A DNA stretch of 64,000 nucleotides from Paraglomus brasilianum (taxonomy: Eukaryota), in assembly GCA_910592345.1 (NCBI GenBank), contig CAJVPI010000022.1, positions 1 through 64,000 of the forward strand, given 5' to 3'. Shown one piece after another: positions 52,525 through 64,000 of the stretch. Positions within the stretch are counted from its first letter, which is position 1. Each line of letters begins with the position of its first letter. The notes under the pieces are model-generated. The model saw only the letters and a list, made by a program, of their open reading frames with translations, was not told the DNA's origin and searched no databases. A program made the translations under genes and the position numbers.

Positions 52525-52982
52525 AGTTGATATAAGTAGTGATTTGACGAAATAGCTTTTTGGGTTAAAATAGTTGGGGTTGTGTTGTTGTGCCGAGTGG
52601 TGCTGTGTTGTGTTGATGTTGTATAGTTAGTTGTATAGTCTGATGATGATAAAAAACCTGGCTATCTTATCAGCGTAAATGATGATGGGTTGTTGTGACG
52701 ACCATGTATTATATAATGGAAATATTTGCAGTTATTATCACATTCTAGTTCAGTTGCGCGTGGAAATGTGAATGCAGTGATAATTGAGAAAAGTACTTGT
52801 CTATAAATATAGCAAGCATTTACAATAGGCGATCAATAATATAATTTACTACGCATATTACAAATAAACAAATAAATAAAATACATGTATATGTGCATGT
52901 ATATAAATTATGTTGTTGAGAGACAGCAAACAGATGGTCGGGTAGATATGACGGGTAGATGGAGAACAGGGCAAAAAAAGCT

Positions 52983-53175
52983 ATCAATATACATATCGAT
53001 ACACATCAACACACATATCAATATACACATCAACACAGTCGATAAATATATCAATACACAGTCGATAAATACATCATATCAATACACATATCAACACATA
53101 TCGATACACATATCAACACATATCGATACACAGTCGATAAAAATACACACATCACATCGTCGATACACATCAATC
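52983..53175. repeat. Degenerate ACACATATC(G/A)A minisatellite
   Basis: Many imperfect 10-12 bp units are visible. Confidence 0.8.
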
Positions 53176-53517
53176 AATAAAATATAATATAAATAATTAT
53201 TGTACATACTGTATGTGATATATACAGATATTAAGATACAAACAACAACTAATAATGGTAATTATGTGATACGTAAAAACCAATTCAACATAACATTTAC
53301 TGATGTTCGTATTATATATATACTATGCTTTTTCACTCTTTGTTTGGCTGGGCTGAGTGTGTAGATAGTAATAGCATAGCATGTAATATTAATTATGAGC
53401 ATATTTTTGTATTGGAATGTCTCTCAACAAATTCACTTGATAATCATGCGTAAAGATTGTAAAGATTTTATTTGGTCACATGATTCATGATGGGGAAAAG
53501 AATTTTGATAGAGACGA

Positions 53518-53594
53518 GTGTGTATACTGTGTACTGTGTACTGTGTATACTGTGTACTGTGTATACTGTGTATACTGTGTACACTGTGTATACT
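53518..53594. repeat. (TGTGTAC/TGTGTATAC)n tandem repeat
   Basis: Directly visible 7- and 9-bp units. Confidence 0.9.
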
Positions 53595-56500
53595 CTAATT
53601 ACTATGATCCCTTTGATATAAGCTTTTTAACGGGCATTTGCAAACCTTTTCGATCGATCATTACAAAAAGAGCATGCTCTATTGTCTGTCCCCTTACCGC
53701 TATTATACACCACATAATAGTTAGTTTAGTAATCAATGTCTTGCACATCGTACCTTACAATCTCACAATCGCTTCCATTGTCAATGTCATGTCAAAACGT
53801 CCATGTGCTAACTTCAATAAGGGTCACTTCAATTGGAGATAAGCACAGTAAACAAACGCACAGGGAGCCGACTTATGACGTAACCTGTCTTTTTTTCTTT
53901 TTTTTTTTCTCCCGTCGTCGAACGAAGAACGTTATCAAACTCATGTCACACATACAGATCAAACCGGTTTTTGTTGTCTTGGAGGGAATAAAATAAAAAA
54001 GCCAATCTATCCACATTTACTCAACATATTAAAGTCGCATATATATATGCGTGTTGATCATTTACGAACATAGCGTCTATTAACCCAATCGATATTATAA
54101 ATGCCCCCAATGCTTTTGCTTCTTTCTCCCCCCCTCCCCAATTGATACCGCAGCATACGTAATCTATATCTGGTAATGACGCCATGCTGGCAAAGCCACT
54201 GAATAGAAAGAATGGCAAATGCAGTATAGTTCGACATAAAAACAGACATTGGCGAAACAAACGGGATCACTGAACAGCGTGGTGGCTGCTACGCTTCAAA
54301 GAGACTTGCATGTGATTGTATTAATTTGATGTTTCTCGGCTCATGTAGGTTATATCCATTGTGCTGCATTATTGTTTTGGCAAATAATGTCAATCGCCGG
54401 CATATGCCTTTGCCGCCTTCAATATTCCTATTAGTATTAGTCATTATAGATCTCTCCAACGGTTCCAATGTCTAAATATGGTGTCCTTTCTCAATATTAG
54501 CGTAATACGCATGTGATTGATATAATTGTTCTTTTGATTGTTTATATTTGTTGAACAAGAAGGGTTAATGAGGTTAAAGACATATATCAATGTGGCTGAT
54601 TTGACATTTGATGATGAAAGAAATATAATACTTGCAGTGACCAATTGTCATAATAGGATTCTTGTAAGGCGAGTGAGTGATAGACCATCATCTTTTTTGG
54701 TCGATCAGAATTGTTGATCCGCCCAACTTTATAAATATCACATTAAATGACAAGGGCCCCCCCCATCTCTCTATGTGGTGGTCGAACCCATTATCTGGAT
54801 TAAAATCTGCGAGATTACTCGGCTTCATTACCAAAAGCGTTCAAGAAAATGCTATTACCTCCTTTTCTCCCATCTCCCTCTTCTCCCTCTTCTCCCTCTT
54901 CCCCCTCTTCCCCCTTCTCTACTGTCCTTCTCTCCCATAATCTTTGAAACACAGTCCTGAACTCGGGCCCTTCACTTGATGCCATGTCTGAATGCTAAAA
55001 AAGACATGTTTTATTGTTTCCACATGACTCTCTGTGGGAAGATCGATTTTCGAATTTCCCATCCGTCCTCCAAACTTCTTCACACGATTTGTTCTCAATA
55101 ATCACGCATCATATATAAAAATACCCCCAACCATTCTCTTTTCCTAACCACAATCCACGATCGCCTCTCACGGCTCCCCTGGTTCACATCACTTGTCATT
55201 TTTAATTTCTACCAGAATAGACACCTTCCTGGCTTGGATTCTGTGAATCTGTTCCCGGGATCTGACATCATGATAGTGTAGGGTCATTGCTTTGCCACGA
55301 TAACAATGTCGTTGTTGTGTCCCACATAAGCCGAGTTTTCGCTTAATCTTGTTTCCGTTAAGAGATTTTCCATTCCAGTTTAGTGTTGAGTGCTGATGTA
55401 GAGAGACTTCGCTATTAACTCGCTCGGGGGTGCGTACAGGAAGAAAGGGTGTGACGTACTGTGAGAGATAACTGTCAGATGCGCGGTGTGCGAAGTGGGA
55501 GCCGTTCTTAAATTCCCCGACTTTTAACTTAGCATGTGGAAGAAATAGAAAGAATTATAGCTAGCAGCCAACACATAAAAATAATTTATTTTGATCTCGC
55601 AATTGTTTAAGTAATGTAATCAGTCGGATAACGTTATTTCGACTCCTGTCAATAACATTGTTTGATCTGATCTTTGAAACCGTGCAATACCCATGTGTGG
55701 GAATTGTGCTATACGGAAAGAAAGTTGTTTTGTCTCGTGAGACAAACTGAAAGTGATGGCAAACAAGCTTTATTCTTTTGGGACTAGAAGGTTGATCAAA
55801 ATTTTGTGGGGGATTGACGCGGCAAAGGAAATAATCGAGCTTGTAAAAAGTTACATCAGGGTTTGGAAAGTATTCAGGCAAAAAAGAATGACTCCCCAAA
55901 AGAAATTAAACAATCCAATTAATTTGCTATTTGCTCGAGTAATACAGTTATTGGCCAACAAGCAACTTTTCGGTTTGTCAAGTTAATTTCGATTTTGACT
56001 GTTATCTATTTCACTCACGAATCAGTTATGTCAGTGACTTTTCTAAATATTTCGTTCTAAATGATTTTGTTTCTATCTCACTTCAGTATATGAATAAGAG
56101 TTCTTCTCGTTGGCATGTGTGTACTCTGTGGCCGTATTCAGTACCACCGTGCACTTGTTGGATCACTAAGAGTGCCCTCGCTTCACCTAGTGGCATTTGG
56201 CCTGTTAACTATAATAGAGTAAGTAGTTACCTCTCTGCATAATGCTGAGTATATCTCTTCTCTGGCTGGAATACACAAATTAGTATTGTAATTATTTTGC
56301 GACGTGTAAGTGTACAATTGATATAAATTTGCAACAGTCATTAAAACATTTGCTTCACGTCAACATAAAGGCTCGCTACGTACTTTCCCAGAATGTAGCT
56401 TAGAACACTTAATTTGAGAAGTTTCTACTATTCTGTCATAGAAAAGGACCTTTGTCATATAATAATAACTAGCCAATACTTTTTATACTATTGTAATGGA

Positions 56501-56699
56501 CATTCGTAGGATGATTTTGTTCTAAAATCGATGTTGACAAAAAAAAATTGACGTGATAACTCCAAAATGCAATAAGTGCTCCAATCCACTCAAAACTGCG
56601 CATCAAGATACTGTACATTGTATTGACACACTATTATTACAAACAAGTATAATTATAAGTTGCATAAGCATATCATGTAAAAACATAAATAAACTGTAA

Positions 56700-56915
56700 A
56701 TTGCAAATTTTTGAGTCCATGAGGTAATAAACAATATTAATTATAATATTTAATTAAACTGACTTCAATTTGATATCAACACATAATAATTCTTGTCTTC
56801 ATACCTGCAACTGAATTGTAACCATTTCTCAGGTTAGGCAAATCTCCAATAGGTAAGGGTTTACTAGAATATTTGCTCTCCTTCTCAAGACATAATAAAG
56901 GGTGTACATCATTAT
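56700..56915 (-). pseudogene. Second copy of the TKL kinase 3' end seen at about 32000-32210
   Basis: Near-identical block ACTTCAATTTGATATCAACACATAAyAATTCTTGTCTTCATACCTGCAACTGAAT, continuing through TTAGGCAAATC, ACTAGAATATTT and TCTCAAGAC. Confidence 0.8.
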
Positions 56916-57182
56916 GATGATGATTAATATGTACTTTTAATTGTGAATCTCTCCAAACACTATATCAATATAACTACAAATTGTTGATGTATCTGTAATG
57001 TTAGGATCAGTATCATAATCTCAGCAAGTCTCTTATTACTAATGAATGGGCAAATATTATGATAAATATATTCATAATCCAAAGGAGGAAGAGGAGTTAG
57101 TACTAGGATTGAAAAGGATTTAGTTTCTTTGGTAATTTCAGAAACAGTTGCTTTTTTGGTTTTCAACAAATTAAATTCAGTA

Positions 57183-57700
57183 CAGTGGTACCTCTATAAG
57201 TGAACCCTCCATAAGTGCATGCACGTGACATTAAAAAAGTCAGCCAATTAAACGCCACAAAGATGCAATAATGACATTAGTTTACTTATTAGTACTAGTA
57301 AATATACTCGTGCTTACAAAACTGTAATATGGAAGATAAGATATTTGCTAAAATAGTGAAAATTTTAATCACATTTTCTAAATTAAGCGAAGATGACATA
57401 AACACCACGTAAATAGTTGCTCGACATTCCTGAAGAAAATATTATTTATGAAGTTCCCGACAACGACCACGAACTTGTATATCTCTTTAAGGATACTGAT
57501 CAAGCAATTACGGATGTAGACAACATAGATGATAGTGATAGCGCAGCAATCGCTAGCTTGGAAATAGTACGTAGCTTTCTTTTACAACAGGACAATGCGG
57601 AAAAATATATAACCTCTTTACAAAATATTGTTGAAGTCAGGAAAACAAGCTAATGCGTCAAACTAACATTGACACATATTTTTCTTAAAGTATAGTCTGA
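57183..57700 (+). mobile_element. pogo/Tigger transposon relic (left end plus transposase C-terminus)
   Basis: TA-CAGTGGTACCTCTATAAGTGAAC terminus. LDIPEENIIYEVPD...IDDS...ASLEIVRSFLLQQDNAE resembles the acidic CENP-B/pogo C-terminal region. Confidence 0.55.
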
Positions 57701-57879
57701 CTTCGATGTGATAATTTTTATAATAACCACTGTTATGTGTAACAGTTTTCTGAGTTGTTCTATAAGCACCATTAGCAACCAGCCGGGCCTTGACAATTCC
57801 AGGTTGAGCTGCTTCAAATAGAAAATGCTAATATTCTTGCAAACCACTAGTGGATTTAATATAATTACATTAAACCACT

Positions 57880-58910
57880 TAGTTTAGGCTATACCCACTC
57901 AGGCGGTTATAACGGATTTAGCTCGATTTAGCCATTAGTATTAGGTTATACCTCAGTTAGGTTATACCCACTCAGTGACGATGAGCTTGCGATTGCGTTA
58001 TCATTGCAGGGTTGGTTTGCTGCAGAGATAACTTGCGGTGTTAGCCTGCGGTGATAATTTTGTTATTTGGCCAAGTGACGACGAGTTTGCGATTGCGTAG
58101 GAGTTAGCTTGCGGAGTTAGCCTGCGGTACGTGTCCCAGCGTACCACCGAAAATTATATGTGATATTCTAGAATGCGCAGAGTGCACGGCTACGCCGATC
58201 CTTTTTTCGTAAAGTAAAGTGGCAAATTACTTTGTAAATACTATGTGTCTGTACCTATATAGACTGTTGTCCCATATATTTACCTGTGCGAATTGTTGTA
58301 AATTTTATGACATAAAAAACATGTTAATGTATGGTCCAGATACTAAAAAATTTATTTCGATTTGAATGTCTTCTTATTCTTATTGTAAGTGGCGACAAAA
58401 ATCCCCAATGTTGTACTGTCTCGTATGCTTTGTAAAGACGCCATTTCTATTTGACAAGACATATCAATTTATTTATTTATTTGCTGCTACGAGTAGCGTA
58501 TCTGTTTTCTCGTTTTATGTTATGAAAGGAGATAGCGAAGATTTGACTCGCGGAGCGAGGACCCTTTGCGTCTAGAGATAGTATTATAATAATAATAAAA
58601 AATATAAAATTAATGTGAACGGGACAGTAATCGGCACGTTTTTTAACGTTTTTGGCTAGATTGAGTTTCACATCGATAAAAAATTATGTGAAAAAATTTG
58701 GGACAGTAATCGGCACGTTCTTTAACGCTTTAACCGGGTTTTAGATATCAAAAATTCGCAAATGGTTCTAAAGATTATAAATAATAATGTTTTATTGCAG
58801 AGAAAACACATACGTAAATGAAGCTATAATACAAAAACCCTATATGTGATTCAAGTATTAAAAAATTATTTTTCGATTTGAAGCTTTTTTATATTTATTG
58901 TAAGGGATAG
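57880..58910. repeat. Block of nested direct repeats
   Basis: TTAGGyTATACC x3, AGTGACGAyGAGyTTGCGATTGCGT x2 (57974, 58074), CTTGCGGwGTTAGCCTGCGGT x2, GGGACAGTAATCGGCACGTTyTTTAACG x2 (58621, 58700), TTTCGATTTGAA...TTATTGTAAG x2. Confidence 0.8.
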
Positions 58911-59019
58911 TAACAACCCACTTACTTATTTACCTGGACAAATAACTCGCTGAACCACAATCTTAAATTACATTATACGTATTCAATAGATATCAAAGAA
59001 AGTTTATTTAACTCTTTTT

Positions 59020-60300
59020 TGTATGGTGTAGTAGGAACACCAAGGTGGGCTTCATATTCCCGCTTATATTTTACGAAATTAAACTCTCGCGTTCTTTTTT
59101 CCAATAATTAGTATTATCCCGAAATTCAAAGGCAATCTTGTCTCTCCATTGTTCCAATTTTTCTCGTGACATTTGGAATTTTTGCTGTAAAGAAGGATAA
59201 CGGTGTCTATATCAGATTCGTTTTTAATAAGAAATTCTGCAGATGAAGAAATTGAAAACTCAGACATTTTCTTATAAGTTGGTAAAAAGCTTAGTAAGTT
59301 AGTATCAAAATCCTGACGCGATAAAACATGTGATGTGTGAATGCCCGAAGAAAAACCTATGCTTCGCAAAATTTCCTCTAGCGCAATAACTTTTACCAAT
59401 AGTGAATCACAAGAAGCTTTTTCTCGTGGATTTTATTCTCAATTACGAGTCTATGTTTATTACGCAAGTTATCCAAGGAATCCATAGCCTGAACCAGCGT
59501 GCCGTACGCGCTTCGCATTTCCTCTTTAAAATATGTCTCTACAAAATCTACAGTTACATCTTCTTATAAAAGGACGCAAGATTATATTTCTGCAAAGCAA
59601 ATCTATAGGCTGAATCTATATCCTCCTCGATTTCTTGAATATCTAAAGCTTCTAAATCATCTAGGGCTCGAGCATTAACAATCCATGAGTATTTTTCTAT
59701 ATCTAAATCTTTTTTAATTGTGCGTATGTTCTTTAATATCTTTTTGCCCTCGTTACCTCCTGTAACCGTTGAATCTATAGAAGGGCAATCTTCAGCAATA
59801 TTAAGTGTATATCCACATTCACTAAGACGATCAGCTACAAAATCGTTTCTAAAGATGCATTTGGTTTATAAATCGCACTTGCCATTGGGAGTAAGTGTTT
59901 TATCTCTTCTAAATCAGGATATTCTGTTACATTACATCGATAACTGATAAAGCGTAGTAAGTCTTCACGGTCTGTCGGCAAATTATTGCCACGTAAATTC
60001 GTTAGAACGTGTACTACATTTTGATTTAATTTTCGAACGCGGTGCAACATCTGATATGCTTCATTGCTCGTTAGACCAGCTAGAGTAGTGATACTTACTC
60101 CACAAGTTATTATATCAAATAGTCAAGATTTGCCCTACCACATTGATATCGGCAAATATATCTTTTTTCTCTGTTTCTGACAGTTGTTTAGAAAAATACT
60201 TACCTTTATACCCATGAGATGCCAATTCCCGATGAAGAGCTTCTGTCATTTCCGCACTGGCAAACATTGGGATGTAGACTTTAAACCCTTGTCTGATTTT
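59020..60300 (-). pseudogene. Decayed replication origin-binding (UL9-like superfamily 2) helicase, probable endogenous viral element
   Basis: Intronless frameshifted reading KIRQGFKVYIPMFASAEMTEALH..YFSKQLSETEKKDIFADINV..ANLDYLI..ITCGVSI..YQMLHRVRKL..NLPTD, corresponding to helicase motifs IV-VI of origin-binding proteins. Confidence 0.6.
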
Positions 60301-60396
60301 GTATGTCCTTTATTTTAAACCCTTGTCCAATCAATTCAGCGTTCCATTTCTTGGTATTTATATTTATACGTATAAGAGCTTGACGCTTATCCCTTA

Positions 60397-61090
60397 CAGT
60401 AGTGGCGGAAAATAATGAGAATTTTAAATTTTTATTACTCAACCAATTTGTATTCATTTTACATAAAATTTTATCTGCACATAAACAATAATGTAAATTT
60501 ATAAAAATAAAAATTTAATGGTCAATCGTTAAGTCTTCTTTTTCAATAACAGCCTCTAAACGCTTTTTCATTCCAAAACATAAATTTAATAGAATAGATT
60601 TATCGATATTATCCCATTCTAGTCGGACAATCAGTAAAAAATTATCTAATCCAATTGATTAAGTCAGGTGAGTAAGAAGACCAATCAAGAACTTTTGGGT
60701 ATTTTTCTTTAAAAAGTTCACTTGGCGGTGCGCGATAGCCGAGGTTATAAAGGTTTTCACGGACTGTTCTTGGCGCAATATTAAGGTTTGGGTAGGTTTG
60801 GTTAAACACATGAGCAATTTCTTTACTGCTAGCACATTTTCTTGAACTTGCTAATTTTCCAAGATGTATGCGCTTTTCCGCAGTAAGTTTTTTTGGTCTT
60901 TCCTGGGCGGGATTTAGGTTTCAGGGAAGCTGCTACTAAAAGTTTTTTGATATATTTGTATAAAGTAGATGGAACATGTGTTATATTATGAAGCTGAGAT
61001 ACATCATGAATTCCACTATCCCACAAATTCTCTACAATTGATCGTTTTGGGGTCAAAGTAAGTTGTTTAGGCATTTTTAACAAAAAAAAT
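60397..61090 (-). mobile_element. Tc1/mariner transposase relic
   Basis: N-terminal HTH region (KRSIVENLWDSGI..STLYKYIKKL..KSRPG) and C-terminal KVLDWSSYSPDL..EWDNIDKSILLNLCFGMKKRLEAVIE, with large deletions. Confidence 0.75.
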
Positions 61091-61634
61091 TATGAAAGTA
61101 AACAAAAAACGCGTTGTAGGTTCAAATATTATTTTTATTTATACATTGTTATCTGGTGTAACTTTCTATATTAATATATGACTTTGCCATAATAAATAAA
61201 CAGGGAGCGCGTAAGTATTAGATAAAGTGATTGCATAAAATTCTATTATGTATATGCCGATTCTATTTCACAGATGAATTTTCAGCATCTATTTTCGTAA
61301 ATGGACAAGTGATTTTGCATCTAATGTACAGTAGCATCTAAAGCTAGTATAATCAGAGCAGATTGGAGTAACGATTTATAAACGTCATGACTTAACTGTG
61401 GTTTTTCATAGTCGGTCCGCTAAAATTCTGAGTACTGTATACTCTCGTGAATAATAATAAGCACACCTACCCCCATGATTACCACGATTACCCACACAAC
61501 GTACCCCTCATTAACAGTTTATTACATAATGCACGTTATTATAAAAATAAGGTTACTGTGATTACTATAAACTAACCCCCCCTAAGTTTGTTATTTACGT
61601 GACGGTTTGCCGATCATTTTCATATGAACGGTAA

Positions 61635-62160
61635 TTGTTTCAAATTCATCCAATTCCCTCTGTCATTACTATATATGATGCAATTAACTTTGCAGCTCGT
61701 GCATGGAAAATTGTTATGGCAAATACAATTATCCGTAGCTGGAATAGGGCTAATATTCTTCCTCCAACGGCAAACAATCTTGATTCTACACCCGAGGAAA
61801 GTGAATTAGAAACGGAGATTGTCAATCTCATTGAACAATTATCAATCGATGATCCTTTGGAAGCACGAGAAGCTGTCGAAATAGATAATTTCATGAGTAT
61901 TGAAGAAAGGGTGACTGTAGATGATATCATAGAAGTGATGAACGAGCAGGGTGGATGTGAATCAGAAGAGGATAGAGAAATGGATGTTAAAACCAATGAT
62001 GCGATTATCGGACTTTGATAATGTGGTAAAATATATACGGCAAAACAATTTAGGCATTAGCATGAGAGATCTGCAAAGCCTTAAAAAGCTCATTATACGC
62101 AAAAGCATTGAAAAGAAGAAACAGGCCACGCTGGAGAAATTTATCAAATTTATCGATTTT
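61635..62160 (+). mobile_element. pogo/Tigger (DDE_1) transposase C-terminal relic
   Basis: ITIYDAINFAARAWKIVMANTIIRSWNRANILP, then an acidic region and, after a frameshift, KKKQATLEKF. Confidence 0.75.
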
Positions 62161-62654
62161 CCTTGCATAAACTGTAGTAATGTGAAGAAGCGGGATAAAA
62201 AAATTCTTCACTGTCATCGTCATAGTTAAGATTGTTAAGACAAGAAGCTCTCTGCATAAATCCGTTAGTTTTTGCTATTTTTGTTTTCTTGATATATATA
62301 TTTTGAATTGTTAATAAAAATCGCATTATTGGACATAATGGAGTACTATATGGGTTTGTTGTGAAAACTCAATTTAGCGGATTTCTGATTTAACGGAGAA
62401 AAGAGTCGGAACCGTTTATCATGCACAACATATGCCTATTACTATAATTGCCCTTTGCAAGTAAATTGCGTACCACAAATTACACATGTAAATAAATCCG
62501 GGATTTACATAGTGACGCTACATACAACATATTAATATCAACGTGATAAACCGCCTAACTCCACTGTACTACCCGAGCAAAACAGTATATTAATATAACT
62601 ACAGCAATTTGCACACATTAACACTCAACCAAATTTTTCCAAACAGCCGACAGC

Positions 62655-63157
62655 ATGAACAACAATTATTTCTTCCTCGTTTTGTTAGTTGCATTTACTT
62701 TTCTGGCGACTACAACGGTCACAGCTGTTCCTGCCCCAGAACAGCAAAGCTGCGCAGGTGGGTAATTAATAAATGTACAAGTAAAAGACTTTCTTTCAAG
62801 CGCTTTATGGATAAAGTCTATCCTAACAAACTTTTTTGGCGATTAGGCTTCAGCGTTCTTTATCCAGCTGGCAATGAAACATTAAAGTATGGTAGTCATC
62901 AAAACGTCACTGTCCAACTCGGCGAATCTAAAATTTATGTGATTGTGGAAGTCGACATATACGATGACGATCATAATTACAGGGATACATTATTCGGAGG
63001 AGAAGTACCCGTGGGTAGCAAAACCGAGGTTACCGTACCGTTTATTTTAGCGGGGGGCACCTTGTCGTCTGGAGAATATCATTACACCGTATGGGGATTC
63101 AACACTCCTACATCTCCATGCCAAACAAGCAGTAATTCCTTCATGGTGTCAAAATAA
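62655..63157 (+). CDS. Small secreted beta-sandwich protein (137 aa), two exons
   Basis: Exons 62655-62757 and 62847-63157. Signal-peptide-like MNNNYFFLVLLVAFTFLATTTVTA. Mature part has 2 Cys and the pattern FSVLYP..GS.QNVT..SGEYHYTV..SNSFMV, reminiscent of Kre9/Knh1-N-type Ig-like domains. Confidence 0.8.
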
Positions 63158-63845
63158 TCTATTTTTTTCTTAACATATAATAATTTAAATTTTTTATTAC
63201 ATCCTTGTTATTGTAACTTCTATAATTGCTAATTATAAAGGATAGATGTTATATGTCTATTTAATGATAATGGTACCAGTACCGTACCAACTTCCAAAGT
63301 CAAACTTTTGTTAATGAGCAATGAAAATAAAAACCATTAGCTAAGAAACTGAAAAAATACCAGTGATTTCCGTTTTTCTGTGTAAAAATATTATTAATAA
63401 ATAATTGGTTATATTATACAAGTCTTTCTCACGAACACATCATAATTGCTTCCCAAAGAAGAGGAACCTTGAAGCTCCCGAATTCACGTAGACAGTATGC
63501 GTGTTGGTGTAAAGTGCACCAAAGTAACGATATTTCAGTGCGATAACCCAAAGCGCCGAAACTTGGAAGTAAAGATATTTTGTATCCGTTCTTTAGTTTT
63601 ACTAAAGGCCCAGTTTATACATCAGAACTTGTCATTAGCAAACTATGGCATTGGTTCTTTAGATTTCGTTCTAAATCGAGGTAATGAATTACCAGTATAA
63701 CGAGCCCATACAACAATAACTGCGACTTTGGATTTACACTAGTAATAACTGTACGGATAAGCGTTCCTTACCCCTGTAAAAATCATTTATGCTGGCAATT
63801 ACGCGTATTTGCGTAATGATATTAATTATTTGTGTCTTCCTTATA

Positions 63846-64000
63846 CAGTCAAATCTGTTTATACCGAACGGGTTGGCATAGCTCTCTGTGTCCTTCCGGA
63901 TCCGGTATAGGAAAAGTTTATAAGAGACTCTGGTATAAACAAAGACTCTTCATATGAAACGAACGGTGCAAGAATCTGTGCGTGAGATTCTGGTATATAC
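63846..64000. mobile_element. Left part of a MITE related to the 35730-35899 element
   Basis: TA-CAGTCAAATCTGTTTATACCG matches the 35.7-kb TIR with 2 mismatches. Internal GGTATA repeats. The right end is probably outside the window. Confidence 0.6.

Noticed and set aside
55200..55540. Relatively GC-rich non-coding stretch considered as RNase P/MRP, telomerase or other ncRNA
   Set aside because: No P4 motifs, telomere template or snoRNA box structure found by eye; an Infernal/Rfam scan would be needed.
57880..58740. CRISPR-like appearance of spaced direct repeats
   Set aside because: Only 2-3 copies per motif, irregular spacing, eukaryotic context and no cas genes.

Overview
This is intron-rich, AT-rich eukaryotic DNA from an early-diverging fungus, most likely Mucoromycota (Glomeromycotina or Endogonales). 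That assignment is inferred from the TKL-kinase, Crinkler-like and transposon families present. I spliced exons by hand, because the ORF track fragments or misses most genes. Conserved genes: eRF1/SUP45, a class I cyclic-nucleotide phosphodiesterase, a CaMKK-type kinase, TIP20/RINT1, delta-COP, UTP5/WDR43, an MIT-domain protein, and an aprataxin (HIT-ZnF) gene carrying an N-terminal circularly permuted macrodomain. Between them lie Tc1/mariner and pogo relics, several MITEs (one MULE-type with a 9-bp TSD), TKL-kinase and Crinkler-like pseudogenes, a SAM plus PD-(D/E)xK nuclease gene broken by an 8-bp duplication, a decayed UL9-like origin-binding helicase of probable viral origin, two small secreted protein genes (one with 16 cysteines) and microsatellite-rich spacers. 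The most interesting item is the fungal permuted-macro-aprataxin fusion. All family assignments come from motif recognition by eye; no database search was run.
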